Shown here: one piece after another, positions 37,660 through 46,784 of the stretch
Numbering within the stretch: position 1 is the first letter of the stretch
Layout: each line of letters begins with the position of its first letter
Source: Candidatus Bathyarchaeota archaeon
GTDB lineage: Archaea > Thermoproteota > Bathyarchaeia > TCS64
Length of the DNA stretch: 64,000 nt
Direction: 5' to 3'
NCBI GenBank assembly: GCA_043826455.1
Contig: JBDRQD010000015.1
Location: 64,001 to 128,000 of the forward strand
Made by a program: the position numbers and the translations under genes
Notes under the pieces: generated by a model
Seen by the model: the letters and a program-made list of their open reading frames with translations, nothing else
Told to the model about the DNA's origin: nothing
The model's database searches: none

Positions 37660-38403
37660 TTAGAGCTTCTTCAGGTACTCTATGAACTCGGCCAAGTCGT
37701 CCACGACGGCCTTCACCAGCACCTTGCCCTTCTCCTTGGTGGCCTTCGTCGGCTCACCTAGGCTCCCTATGCTTGTGACCTCGTCGAAGCTGTAAGCCGC
37801 GGCCACCCTGCCCCTGTACTTGGGGTCGATGCTGCTGTACTCGGGTTTCCAGTCCTCGGCTTTATCCATGAGCAGCCTCTGGCCTAGGGCGAGGCCCACG
37901 CTGGTCTCCATCTCGCAGGCGTGGCCGCCGCTCTTCTGCTCTATCACCTTCACGGCCTCTGAGCCGAAGCCTCCGACGCCGGGGAACACCATGACGCTGT
38001 AAACCCGTTTACCGGTGTCCCGCTGTATTCTGTGAAGGGCCTCACGGATGGAGTTGGTGTTACCCCCGTGGGCGTTCATGATGACCACCTTGTTGAAGCC
38101 GTGGTGCAGCAGGCTCTCACACACCTCCTTGTAGACGTTCACAAGGGTCTCAAAGCTGAGGGTTATGCTGCCCTTGAAGTTCATGTGGTGGGGCGAGTAG
38201 CCGATGTAGAGGGGCGAAGCCACCAGGACGCCGGTTTTCTCCGCCACCCGCTTACTGATCTCTAGGGCCGTGAAGGTGTCGTTGTCGATGGCCATGTGCT
38301 TCCCGTGCTGCTCAGTGGAGCCAGCCGGGAGCAGGACCACGTCACACTTCTTCAGGTACTCCTCGACCTCGGGCCGAGTCAGCTTGTATAGAAGGTTCTC
38401 CAT
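37660..38403 (-). CDS. Creatininase-family amidohydrolase
   Basis: GSTEQHG.H...D, NAHGGN and GHACEMETS motifs. Confidence 0.92.
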   Translation of the reverse strand: MENLLYKLTRPEVEEYLKKCDVVLLPAGSTEQHGKHMAIDNDTFTALEISKRVAEKTGVLVASPLYIGYSPHHMNFKGSITLSFETLVNVYKEVCESLLHHGFNKVVIMNAHGGNTNSIREALHRIQRDTGKRVYSVMVFPGVGGFGSEAVKVIEQKSGGHACEMETSVGLALGQRLLMDKAEDWKPEYSSIDPKYRGRVAAAYSFDEVTSIGSLGEPTKATKEKGKVLVKAVVDDLAEFIEYLKKL

Positions 38404-38449
38404 GTTGATCAGAGTTGAGGACCCGACCGTGAGATAAAAGGGGTGCGGG

Positions 38450-39400
38450 CTAGGCGAAGGAGGGAACGACCTCCTCGGCGAAGAGTTTAGCCTCCTCCTG
38501 GAAGCTGTCCCCCATGAACCTGACTATGAATAGGCTCACGCCGGCTTCTATGTACCGCTGGACCTGGCCTATGATCTGGTCCGGCGTCCCGGCCAGCGGA
38601 GGCCTCCTATCCATGGCCGCGTTACCGTACCTGGCCTGCATACTCTGGGTGTACCTGTCCATGCTCATCTCCGCCTTAACCTTGTCCCCGCTGATCAAGG
38701 CGTAGCAGGCCCAGGACCGCGTGATCTCGCCGGGGTCGCGACCCACCCTCCGGCAGTGGGCGTCCAGATTCTCCGACTTGGCCCTGAACGCCTCCGGTGT
38801 CCCCATCCAGGCCGCATAGTTGCTTACATCGGCGTGGCGTGCCACCGTCCTCAGAGTAAGCTTCTCCCCTCCCCCGGCCAGCATCAGGGGCGGGTGGGGC
38901 CTCTGCACTGGCCTGGGGCTGCAGTAGGCACCGTCGATGCTGTAGTAGCGGCCCTGGAAGCTGGGGGCCTCCTCGGTCCACATGAGTTTGATGATCCTAG
39001 CCGCCTCGTCGAGCCGCCGGACGCGAGCCGCCGGGCTCTCAAGGGTGTACCCGTAGGCCTTGAACTCGCCCTCGTGCCATCCGGTGCCCAGGCCCAGTAT
39101 GAGTCGTCCTCCGCTGATGGAGTCCAGGGTGGCCGCCATCTTGGCCAGAAGGGGCGGGTACCTGAAGGGGTTGCACAGGACCAGCTGCCCCAGCCTAATG
39201 ATGCTTGTGTTGGCGGCGAGGGCTGACATGGTGGTCCAGCACTCGTACCTGGGGTCGCCGGGGTTCTCATACATCCCGTAGACGTGGTCGCTGATCCAGA
39301 CGCTGTCGTAGCCCAGGGTCTCCAGGTGGAGGGCGTCCCCAAGAATCTCTTCATAGCTTTGCCTCTCCGAGCTTATGAAAGCCCCGAAACAGGTCTTCAT
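38450..39400 (-). CDS. LLM-class (probably F420-dependent) oxidoreductase
   Basis: GYDSVWISDH, LLAKMAATLD.ISGGRL.LGLG and AGGGEK motifs. Confidence 0.9.
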   Translation of the reverse strand: MKTCFGAFISSERQSYEEILGDALHLETLGYDSVWISDHVYGMYENPGDPRYECWTTMSALAANTSIIRLGQLVLCNPFRYPPLLAKMAATLDSISGGRLILGLGTGWHEGEFKAYGYTLESPAARVRRLDEAARIIKLMWTEEAPSFQGRYYSIDGAYCSPRPVQRPHPPLMLAGGGEKLTLRTVARHADVSNYAAWMGTPEAFRAKSENLDAHCRRVGRDPGEITRSWACYALISGDKVKAEMSMDRYTQSMQARYGNAAMDRRPPLAGTPDQIIGQVQRYIEAGVSLFIVRFMGDSFQEEAKLFAEEVVPSFA

Positions 39401-39435
39401 GTAATAATGGTGGGGTTGATCGGTTATGACACTAT

Positions 39436-40521
39436 CTAGGGTATGATCTCGCAGCCGTTGTTGAGCGAGGGGTAGTCGAAGGCGTCCGCGGGGAGAACCC
39501 CCTCCTCCATGAGGCCACGGGCCAGCGGCACAAGCCCCTCAAGCTCCTCAATCATGTGCCGGGTGGACTCGCAGACCCTGTCGAACCACCCGCGGCCCCA
39601 GAACATGGTTTGGTTGACGTAGAGGCATCTTCCGCCGCACACCCAGAGGTCATCGCAGCCGTCGCAGGGCTGAGCCACTGGCAGGCTGTCACGTATCTCC
39701 TGAGGCGTGGAAGTGTGTATGCTTCCCACCTTGGAGTAGGGGAGCTCAGGCGCCACAGGGCACACGTGGACGTCGCCGCTGGTCATGATGGCGAAGCTGT
39801 CTCTCCCCGAGCCACACCATATGTGGGGCGCCGGTTCCCCTGTGATGAGGGTCCTGAGGACGGGGATGAAGGGGACCACGCCGAGGACTCTGCCCTGCTT
39901 GATTGCGTCGCTGAAGTCGTGGACCAGCCTCGTGATTCCCTTGTCGTACCTGTTAATCCAGTCCTCCAGGCTGTGTCTGGTCTCCAGATCCGACCAGAAC
40001 ACATCCAGCTGCCAGTGGACGTGGTCGAAGGCGGGGCTCTCCAGGCTTAGGAGGTGGGTGACGTCCCTGTGGATGTCCCCTTGGTCGCTGTAAGCCATCC
40101 TGGCCACCACGTCCCCCTTGTAGCCTCGTTCCTCCACGTCCCTGAGGTTCATGAGCACGGAGTCGTAGGTGCCCCGCCCCCTGCAGGCGTCCGTCACCTC
40201 CCTTGGCCCGTCAATGGACACCAGTATGCTGTGGAGCCTGTGGAGGTACCTGTCCTCTATCTCGGCCAGGTGGGTGGCGTTGGTCTGGAGGGTGTAGGCC
40301 TTGGCGGGGACGCTGTCCATCACCCTGTACATGAAGTCTATGGCTAGGAGCGGCTCGCCGCCATAGAAGCCGATGACGGGTTCCGGGTCGAGCCCTATGA
40401 AAGCTTTAAGGTCCTCCATCGTGTACGCCGGGTCCATGGGGAGTCCCTCCTGGTGCCTGGTTCCCCCGCAGTAGGCGCAGTGGAGGTTGCAGCGCTCCGT
40501 GAGGACCAAGTGGTACTGCAT
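39436..40521 (-). CDS. Radical SAM/SPASM protein (TIGR04084/AF0577-like)
   Basis: CNLHCAYC, YGGEP and SIDG motifs; SPASM Cys (CGSG, CP, C..C....CGGRC); C-terminal GCEIIP. Confidence 0.85.
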   Translation of the reverse strand: MQYHLVLTERCNLHCAYCGGTRHQEGLPMDPAYTMEDLKAFIGLDPEPVIGFYGGEPLLAIDFMYRVMDSVPAKAYTLQTNATHLAEIEDRYLHRLHSILVSIDGPREVTDACRGRGTYDSVLMNLRDVEERGYKGDVVARMAYSDQGDIHRDVTHLLSLESPAFDHVHWQLDVFWSDLETRHSLEDWINRYDKGITRLVHDFSDAIKQGRVLGVVPFIPVLRTLITGEPAPHIWCGSGRDSFAIMTSGDVHVCPVAPELPYSKVGSIHTSTPQEIRDSLPVAQPCDGCDDLWVCGGRCLYVNQTMFWGRGWFDRVCESTRHMIEELEGLVPLARGLMEEGVLPADAFDYPSLNNGCEIIP

Positions 40522-40569
40522 ATGGTGTCCAACATGGTTGGGCTGGGTTCAATAAAAACTTGGAGATGG

Positions 40570-41610
40570 TTAACGGCGCCTGGCCAGCTCCAGCCTCAGG
40601 GCCTCCAGCTCCCGCCGGGCAGCCCCCTCATGGGCCTCACCGTACCAGGGCTGGCCCGCGCTCATTACTCTGAGCCTCTCTATGAGGGCCACGCTCTTCT
40701 CCAGGTGCCCCACGATGTTGCCATCTTCATCTGTGACGCCGTTGAAGAGCTGCGTCTGCCTCTCGCTCCAGTCCCCCGGCTGGTCCAGGCCCGGGACGTA
40801 GCTCAGGATGAGCCTCCTGAGGGTCTCGGGAGCGATGACGCTGCCCAGCTTCCTGGCCTCGCCCGTGACGCCGTGGTAGCTCTCATCCAGGCCGTAGATG
40901 GCCATGTCGTAGTTATTGTGGGCGAGCTGGGTAACGTCGCATATGGCGAAGCTGACGAGGCTTATGTCGTGGCGCTTGCAGAGGGCCCCCAGCCTGACGA
41001 GGGCGGGGACGGCGATGAACCCGTAGAGGACAACCTTCTCCGGGCTCAGTCCGCTGAGCAGGATATCCAGCAGGGCCGCCTCGGCTGAGCGCCCTGTGGC
41101 GTAGGTGTCGGGGACTATCAGGGTCTCCACGCGCTCCAGGTCCTCGGGGATGCTCCTGTAGGACACCTTCAGGCTCCTGGGGTCGTCGCTGTGGTCCCTG
41201 TAGCCCTCCTCCACGTACTCTGTGCGGATGTTGATGACGGGGACACGGCCCGGCATGGTCTCAGCCACCATGTAGCCGGCCCCTGCTCTGAGGATGTGCA
41301 TTAGCGCGGCTTTCTTCAGGTTCACGGAGCCTATCTGCTCAGCCGCCTTAACGAAGTCCCGGGCGGCCTCCAAGCACAGGGGCTTGAGCTCGTCCCCCAC
41401 TATGTGGGGGTGGCAGGCTATCAGTCCGCCGGCTAGCGTATCAATTATGTAGGTTTCACCTATGTACGTCCCCTGGGGGATCAGGCTGGAGCCCTCCACC
41501 CTGTACACATCGGCGCCTGCTCCAAGGTCCTTAATGTTGACGCGCTTGACTGAATCGGTATCGACCTGGAACTCCCGAACGATGGTATCCAGGATGTCCC
41601 CGTCCGTCAA
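40570..41610 (-). CDS. Divergent phosphoribosyltransferase-like (UPRT-like) protein
   Basis: HILRAG and LIVPDTYATGRS resemble UPRT PILRAG and the PRPP loop DPMLATGGS. Confidence 0.55.
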   Translation of the reverse strand: MTDGDILDTIVREFQVDTDSVKRVNIKDLGAGADVYRVEGSSLIPQGTYIGETYIIDTLAGGLIACHPHIVGDELKPLCLEAARDFVKAAEQIGSVNLKKAALMHILRAGAGYMVAETMPGRVPVINIRTEYVEEGYRDHSDDPRSLKVSYRSIPEDLERVETLIVPDTYATGRSAEAALLDILLSGLSPEKVVLYGFIAVPALVRLGALCKRHDISLVSFAICDVTQLAHNNYDMAIYGLDESYHGVTGEARKLGSVIAPETLRRLILSYVPGLDQPGDWSERQTQLFNGVTDEDGNIVGHLEKSVALIERLRVMSAGQPWYGEAHEGAARRELEALRLELARRR

Positions 41611-41622
41611 GTCAGCCCGCCT

Positions 41623-42519
41623 TCACTGTTTATCTTCCTGCTCCTTGGGCTGGAACTGGGACAAATACCGCTGAATGAGCTCAGGCTGCCTGAGCACCAT
41701 GTGGGCGTTGACCCTCACCATGTCTCCGTACATGGCGCCGACGCCGGGGTCAAGCTCCTCCATCCTCTTACGCCACTCTGTGCCCACAGCGGTGGACGCA
41801 GGGCAGTCCGGTCTACAGGGGAAGAAGTAGCCGAGGGGGTAGGCGTGGGGGTTGATGCTCTCTCCTCCTTTGGCGGCCTCGACAAGCTGGTTGGCCGCCC
41901 GGGCCTCCACGTTCACGCCCTTGGCCCGGTCCTCGGCGTACCTGTCCACGCAGCACTCGGGGTAGCCTAGGAGGCGGCCCGCCCTCTTGATCCAGCCGGG
42001 CTCAAACTCCTCTGGGTAGGCGAACTGGATGCCCCCCATCTTGGGGTCCGGCTTTCTCTGCACCTTATGCCTGAGCTTCTCCCGGTCTCTGAGGAGGCCC
42101 ACCAGCTCCCTCCTCACGGCTCTGTCCTTGAAGATGTATACCTCGTGGACTGTGGGGCGGACCTTTGATTGCTCCGACTTCAGGCCCAGCCTGTCCGTCC
42201 AAGAGTAGAGGGCCTTGTACTGGGGGGATCCCTCCACGTGCTCCTCGAAGCCCTTCTCTAGCATCTCCTTAAGGGCCCTGACGGCCATGAGCTTGGCGGC
42301 CGGCTCCGTGACGGTGGGCAGCTTCATCATGTGGGGCTGAACCTTCTCGTCTATGCGTTGCCCCATCTCTGCGCCCCCGGGAAACTCTGCCGGGATGGTC
42401 ACCTGGGAGACTCTCCGCAGCCCGAGGTGGGGTAGCAGGAGGGACTCCACCTTGACCCGGGGCAGCACGGCCCCCTCTTTGAGGAGCTCGTCGAGAAGCT
42501 GTCTGTCCAATTTCCTCAA
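41623..42519 (-). CDS. DUF483-domain protein
   Basis: GRLLGYPECCV and FFPCRPDC motifs. Confidence 0.7.
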   Translation of the reverse strand: MRKLDRQLLDELLKEGAVLPRVKVESLLLPHLGLRRVSQVTIPAEFPGGAEMGQRIDEKVQPHMMKLPTVTEPAAKLMAVRALKEMLEKGFEEHVEGSPQYKALYSWTDRLGLKSEQSKVRPTVHEVYIFKDRAVRRELVGLLRDREKLRHKVQRKPDPKMGGIQFAYPEEFEPGWIKRAGRLLGYPECCVDRYAEDRAKGVNVEARAANQLVEAAKGGESINPHAYPLGYFFPCRPDCPASTAVGTEWRKRMEELDPGVGAMYGDMVRVNAHMVLRQPELIQRYLSQFQPKEQEDKQ

Positions 42520-42568
42520 ATATGGGTGACTGTGGAGCCTTTTAACCTCTACGAGAGAAAATGTAAAG

Positions 42569-42580
42569 AAAAATTTGGGG
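42569..42580 (-). terminator. C-run/T-run terminator candidate (CCCCAAATTTTT on the minus strand)
   Basis: Just after the operon's last stop; the identical 12-mer recurs at 49765-49776. Confidence 0.5.
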
Positions 42581-42585
42581 GGGTG

Positions 42586-43221
42586 TTACATCGGGATTAT
42601 CTTCAGGACTTGTAGGAAGAACTGAGCTCTTCCTGTGAGCATCGTGAACCTGAAGAGCACTGTGTTGCCGAAGTAGGCGCCGAGGCCGATCATGATGAAT
42701 AAACGACCTATCCTTGTTGGTGCCTGCAGGGCCCCTGTGTGCTCGTAGGTTAGCAGGAAGTACATTATGCTACTGATTAGGCCCACCGCTATGTATAGGA
42801 AGTTGACCCAGTCCATCATTGCTCCTGTGCTGGGCGCCCTGATCGTGCTGACGATGGCGTCCAGTATGCTGGGCTTGATGACTCCCCTCATGCCCAGGCC
42901 GAAGCCTGCGCCTACTAGAAGGGCGACGGGGTACCTGCTGACCCACCTGTACTCGGGAATAAGCATCGTGTAGATGAGGGCACCTATGACAAGGGGCACT
43001 ATCATCAGTATGTCTCCTCCCAGCAGCGGGGTTATGCAAATCCTCATCACGTTGGTGAAGTTGACCACCAGGTTGATGGCCAGGAATATGGCGATGAAGA
43101 TGTGCTCCGCGAACCTGTAGGTCACGTTCTCCTTGTAGAGCGGGTAGCTGTAGATCATCAGCATGAGCAGCCAGCCTGTCCACAGGCCGATTAAGCTGAA
43201 CAGTTCTGTTGGGTACGCCAT
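42586..43221 (-). CDS. Polytopic membrane protein of the DUF6754 cluster
   Basis: YSYPLYKEN..YRFAEH and GRLFIMIGLGAYFGNTV..R segments; about 6 TMs. Confidence 0.8.
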   Translation of the reverse strand: MAYPTELFSLIGLWTGWLLMLMIYSYPLYKENVTYRFAEHIFIAIFLAINLVVNFTNVMRICITPLLGGDILMIVPLVIGALIYTMLIPEYRWVSRYPVALLVGAGFGLGMRGVIKPSILDAIVSTIRAPSTGAMMDWVNFLYIAVGLISSIMYFLLTYEHTGALQAPTRIGRLFIMIGLGAYFGNTVLFRFTMLTGRAQFFLQVLKIIPM

Positions 43222-44057
43222 TACGCTTGCCTCCTTGAGACTAGGTATCCGACGTTAGCCAGTATGACGGCTAGCACGATAAGTATGTGGGATGCGTTGA
43301 TGCTGTCCATGGATGTGGTGGCCTCACCGGGCTCCCTTATGAGGACCTCGAGCTCGGCTCCGCCTCTGGACCCAATGCTGAGCCCAAAGTAGTTGCCGGC
43401 CAGGTAGTAGGGGTAGTCGGTTGAGCCGTTCATGGCGATGCCGATCTCGGCCAGCCGCGTGCCGTGGGCTCCCTGCCACTGCCTGAGGAAGTAAGCCCCG
43501 ACGTCACCTGTGTCGGAGCTCAGCACCACCGCGACATCCTGCCACCCGTGGAAGTCCCGCATCAGCGAGATCTCAGACACGGGAGTCCCGTAGTGGTCCT
43601 CAGGGTAGACGGTCCATGCGTCTGTTGCCAGCTGTGCTATGGCTGACTCTCCGCCTGTGAAGTAGCCTAGGAACACGTAGTCCACACCGTACTGCTTGGC
43701 TGCGAAGTCCGCCGCTGCGTCTGACCTCAGCTTGTTCATTGTTAGCTCCACATCATAGTGGGATCCCATGAAGACGATCCTGGCGCCTTCCCTGAACAAT
43801 GCCTTGGCGCACACGGCGAAGCCGGGGGCGCACTCACTCCATGCGCTCACACCGTAGCCGAAGTTCATGATCGCGATGTCTCCAGGCTCGATGTTGGCTC
43901 CTGTGATACCCTCATACAGGTCCCTTGTGTTCTGCACGACTTTAACGGGCAGCGCCAGGGGAAAGATGAAGGGAACACACAGGGTGATGAAGAGCACCCA
44001 GTAGAACACCCTTCTGTCGATGTTCTGCAGCTTGTCGAATATGTTCTGGCTGCTCAC
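43221..44057 (-). CDS. Membrane protein with a central soluble domain, DUF6754 cluster
   Basis: IDRR..Y N-terminal TM, YGVDYVFLGY and a C-terminal TM. Confidence 0.8.
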   Translation of the reverse strand: MSSQNIFDKLQNIDRRVFYWVLFITLCVPFIFPLALPVKVVQNTRDLYEGITGANIEPGDIAIMNFGYGVSAWSECAPGFAVCAKALFREGARIVFMGSHYDVELTMNKLRSDAAADFAAKQYGVDYVFLGYFTGGESAIAQLATDAWTVYPEDHYGTPVSEISLMRDFHGWQDVAVVLSSDTGDVGAYFLRQWQGAHGTRLAEIGIAMNGSTDYPYYLAGNYFGLSIGSRGGAELEVLIREPGEATTSMDSINASHILIVLAVILANVGYLVSRRQA

Positions 44058-44707
44058 TACTCTTCACCTCCGGCGTAGAAGCCTCTCTCCTTACCCAGCA
44101 GGGCCCTGAAGCCGTAGGCGATCGTTCCTAGGGCGCCTACCACTCCGAAGACCCTCATTCCGGGCACCTGGCCGACGAACCTGAACCACTCTCCGATGGC
44201 AGGGATCCCGCTCCAGATGACCTCGCCGACTGGGGCGTTGCTCAGGATGACGAAGCACCCAGCTATGAGCATGAGGGCTGCGTCAACGTTCCTGGCGCGG
44301 AACGCCCTGTAGGCGGCTGAGAAGATGTAGAAGCCCGTGATGGCGTACGTCGTCGAACCTAGAGGCGTGTAGACGTTGTTGAACAGCCAGTTGTAGATGC
44401 TGTTGCTGGTGGCTACACCTGTGCCTAGGTATCCTGCGAGACCGGTGAAGAGCATGATGACGAACGCCACGAGGAACAGTGCACTGAACTGCCAGTTCGC
44501 TCTCCTTCTCTGGGTCCCCATGGTGTGCTGCATTATGAGCCTGACGCCACCCAGACCTAGGCTGATGTTGTAGATTATCACAGCCCAGTTCCTGATGGTT
44601 GAGGCCACGATCCAGTCCTGGGGGAAGAAGAAGTACTCGACGAACATGAGCACAGTGACTATCCCCGTTATCGCGAAGACCACTTCACGCTTAAATATCT
44701 GCGACAT
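44057..44707 (-). CDS. Polytopic membrane protein of the DUF6754 cluster
   Basis: FYIFSAAYRAFRARN motif, about 6 TMs, C-terminal LLGKER. Confidence 0.8.
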   Translation of the reverse strand: MSQIFKREVVFAITGIVTVLMFVEYFFFPQDWIVASTIRNWAVIIYNISLGLGGVRLIMQHTMGTQRRRANWQFSALFLVAFVIMLFTGLAGYLGTGVATSNSIYNWLFNNVYTPLGSTTYAITGFYIFSAAYRAFRARNVDAALMLIAGCFVILSNAPVGEVIWSGIPAIGEWFRFVGQVPGMRVFGVVGALGTIAYGFRALLGKERGFYAGGEE

Positions 44708-44713
44708 TTTTCA

Positions 44714-45499
44714 TCACATCCTCAACAGGTCCGCTATGAAGTTTATATTAGCTGCTCCGAGCAGGAAGCCGACACCAGTGAGGGCCACGAGTAACAACTT
44801 GATTATGTCCTCGCCCTTGATTGAGCCAAGCACGTCCGGGTTTCCACTGATGGCTGCACCCGCGGCATACAGCTCCTCCGCGAGGAGCATGTAGTCGCAT
44901 GTGGCCACCAAGAAGGGCATCTGGTGTGTGTTGTTAGTTCCACCGATCTGCATAGCGCCGATGGTGTTACCGCCCTCAGCGATAATCACGGACTCATAGT
45001 AGAAACCACCCACCAGTATGGTGGAGGCGGGCCTCTCCCTCTGTAGATATCCAAGAGTGCCTGTCATGTACGCTGACTGGCCTGAGAAGAACCTGACGGA
45101 TTCGATATCGAACTCCTCAGGCTTGCCCTGGGACATGTAGGCTGTCCTCATGGTCTCCTCCACCAAGGGTAGCGCGTCTGGCAGTGGACATAGAGCCGCA
45201 ATCTTGACGCCTGCCTTCACACATTCTTCGGTCACGTACTCCAGGATGGAGATGGCGGCCAGAGTCTGTGGTCCCTGTGTAGAGTCGTTGAGGCCGCCTG
45301 CGATACCGGGCGTCCACATCACTGGCTGGCCCATCTCGGCGGCCCTTCCTACGGCCTCCGGGATGGCCTGTATGGCTGGTAGTGTTCGAATCTTGTATGT
45401 TTTTCCCTGTTTGCCCATGTACATGTAGTAGTACATTAAGGCGAAAGTTAGAATCAGCAGTATGAATGTCATTAATCGTCCTGTTACTATTATTGCCAT
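44714..45499 (-). CDS. DUF6754-domain membrane protein
   Basis: IRTLPAIQAIPEAVGRAAEMGQP, GAMQIGGT and QMPFLVATCDY.L..EELYAAGA motifs. ATG45499. Confidence 0.8.
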   Translation of the reverse strand: MAIIVTGRLMTFILLILTFALMYYYMYMGKQGKTYKIRTLPAIQAIPEAVGRAAEMGQPVMWTPGIAGGLNDSTQGPQTLAAISILEYVTEECVKAGVKIAALCPLPDALPLVEETMRTAYMSQGKPEEFDIESVRFFSGQSAYMTGTLGYLQRERPASTILVGGFYYESVIIAEGGNTIGAMQIGGTNNTHQMPFLVATCDYMLLAEELYAAGAAISGNPDVLGSIKGEDIIKLLLVALTGVGFLLGAANINFIADLLRM

Positions 45500-45851
45500 T
45501 GTTTTTCCTTCCGTTTTTCTTCGCCTATCCACCGGGCAGTTCGTAGTGTACTCTAAGCCGAGTCACTGTGACGCCGCCCAATGAATGATAGACTTGTGAA
45601 TTGATCACTATTCTGTATATATAATACTTTTTTCCAGTTATTGTGTTCCCTGATATTTTAGGGATAAGATTATACCTGTAATAATAAAAACTGTGGGCTT
45701 TTCATAACTTCTCTGACGTTTATGTTAGCTAAAAACCACGATCACGTGAGCCGGTCCTCTAGTTACTCTACTATAGTAAGAGTGATGTGTCTATATCTCG
45801 GATGCATCGAAAACAATCAATAAAAGCGTTTAGTTGAATCTTCACAGAATG

Positions 45852-46241
45852 CTAGAAGGGAAGAAATCTTCTCCAGCCTTTCTTTTCTTCTTTGGCTTTT
45901 GTTTCCACATCTTTCTCCCCCTCACTTCCTTCCCCTTTTCCTTCGTTGATAAGCCCCTTCTCTGACAGCTCCTCCAGCCTCTTGATGAGCTTCTCCAAGT
46001 TGTCGCGCTTCTGGAAGACCTTGAAGAACTTGTCCCCCTTGGTGTAGGCGCTGTCCCCGAAGAAGGGGAGGAAGGGCATGACGAACACTGAGCCTATCTG
46101 GCTGCCGATGAAGGCGAGGGGCTTACCGCTCTCCAGGAACAGGATGCCCGCTGTCTCGAGCCCGTACTTGTGGAACTCGCGGGCCGTCCACTCTATGACC
46201 CTGGCCTCCTCCTCGGGGGTGACCTCTTCATCCCAGAACAT
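45852..46241 (-). CDS. Conserved hypothetical protein
   Basis: ILFLESGKPLAFIGSQ segment; typical codon usage. Confidence 0.75.
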   Translation of the reverse strand: MFWDEEVTPEEEARVIEWTAREFHKYGLETAGILFLESGKPLAFIGSQIGSVFVMPFLPFFGDSAYTKGDKFFKVFQKRDNLEKLIKRLEELSEKGLINEGKGEGSEGEKDVETKAKEEKKGWRRFLPF

Positions 46242-46281
46242 GTCCTACACTTGGCTATGACCATACAGAGGAGCCGGGTTT

Positions 46282-46710
46282 TTAAGAACTTGCCTGCCGG
46301 CGCCTCCTGAGGCGGGCCCTGACGGTCATGTAGCCTCCAAGTACTCCGCCGGCCGCGAAGCATATGAGGAGGGCCACCATGAGCCTGGCGTCCGGCATGG
46401 GGGCAAGGGTGAACATGATGAAGATGCCCATGACCCAGGAGACGGCGGCCAGCTTCAGCCCCACCAGCAGGTGCTTCTCGTCGGCCCGCTTACACACCTG
46501 TCTGGACGAGATGTAGCCCCCTAAGATGAATACCACCCAGCTGAACTCGGCGATGGCGGCCACTATCAGCTGATCCGTGCTCTTGATGAAGAGGGGTAGC
46601 GCCTGCATCCACACCCAGACGACGCCGTTGGCCAGCATGGCACCGGCTACGTAGTCGTTGATGTTTGGTTGCTTGGGCTTGGCGGGCTCCTGGGGCTGTG
46701 TCTGCTCCAT
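46282..46710 (-). CDS. Four-TM hypothetical membrane protein
   Basis: Four hydrophobic segments with GGY motifs and a basic tail. Confidence 0.7.
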   Translation of the reverse strand: MEQTQPQEPAKPKQPNINDYVAGAMLANGVVWVWMQALPLFIKSTDQLIVAAIAEFSWVVFILGGYISSRQVCKRADEKHLLVGLKLAAVSWVMGIFIMFTLAPMPDARLMVALLICFAAGGVLGGYMTVRARLRRRRQASS

Positions 46711-46784
46711 TCCTTCAAACTACGCGGCTCGCCCTCTTTAGTTTATTCGTTTAACTTAACTAGGTGTAAACTGATTCTTTTCTC

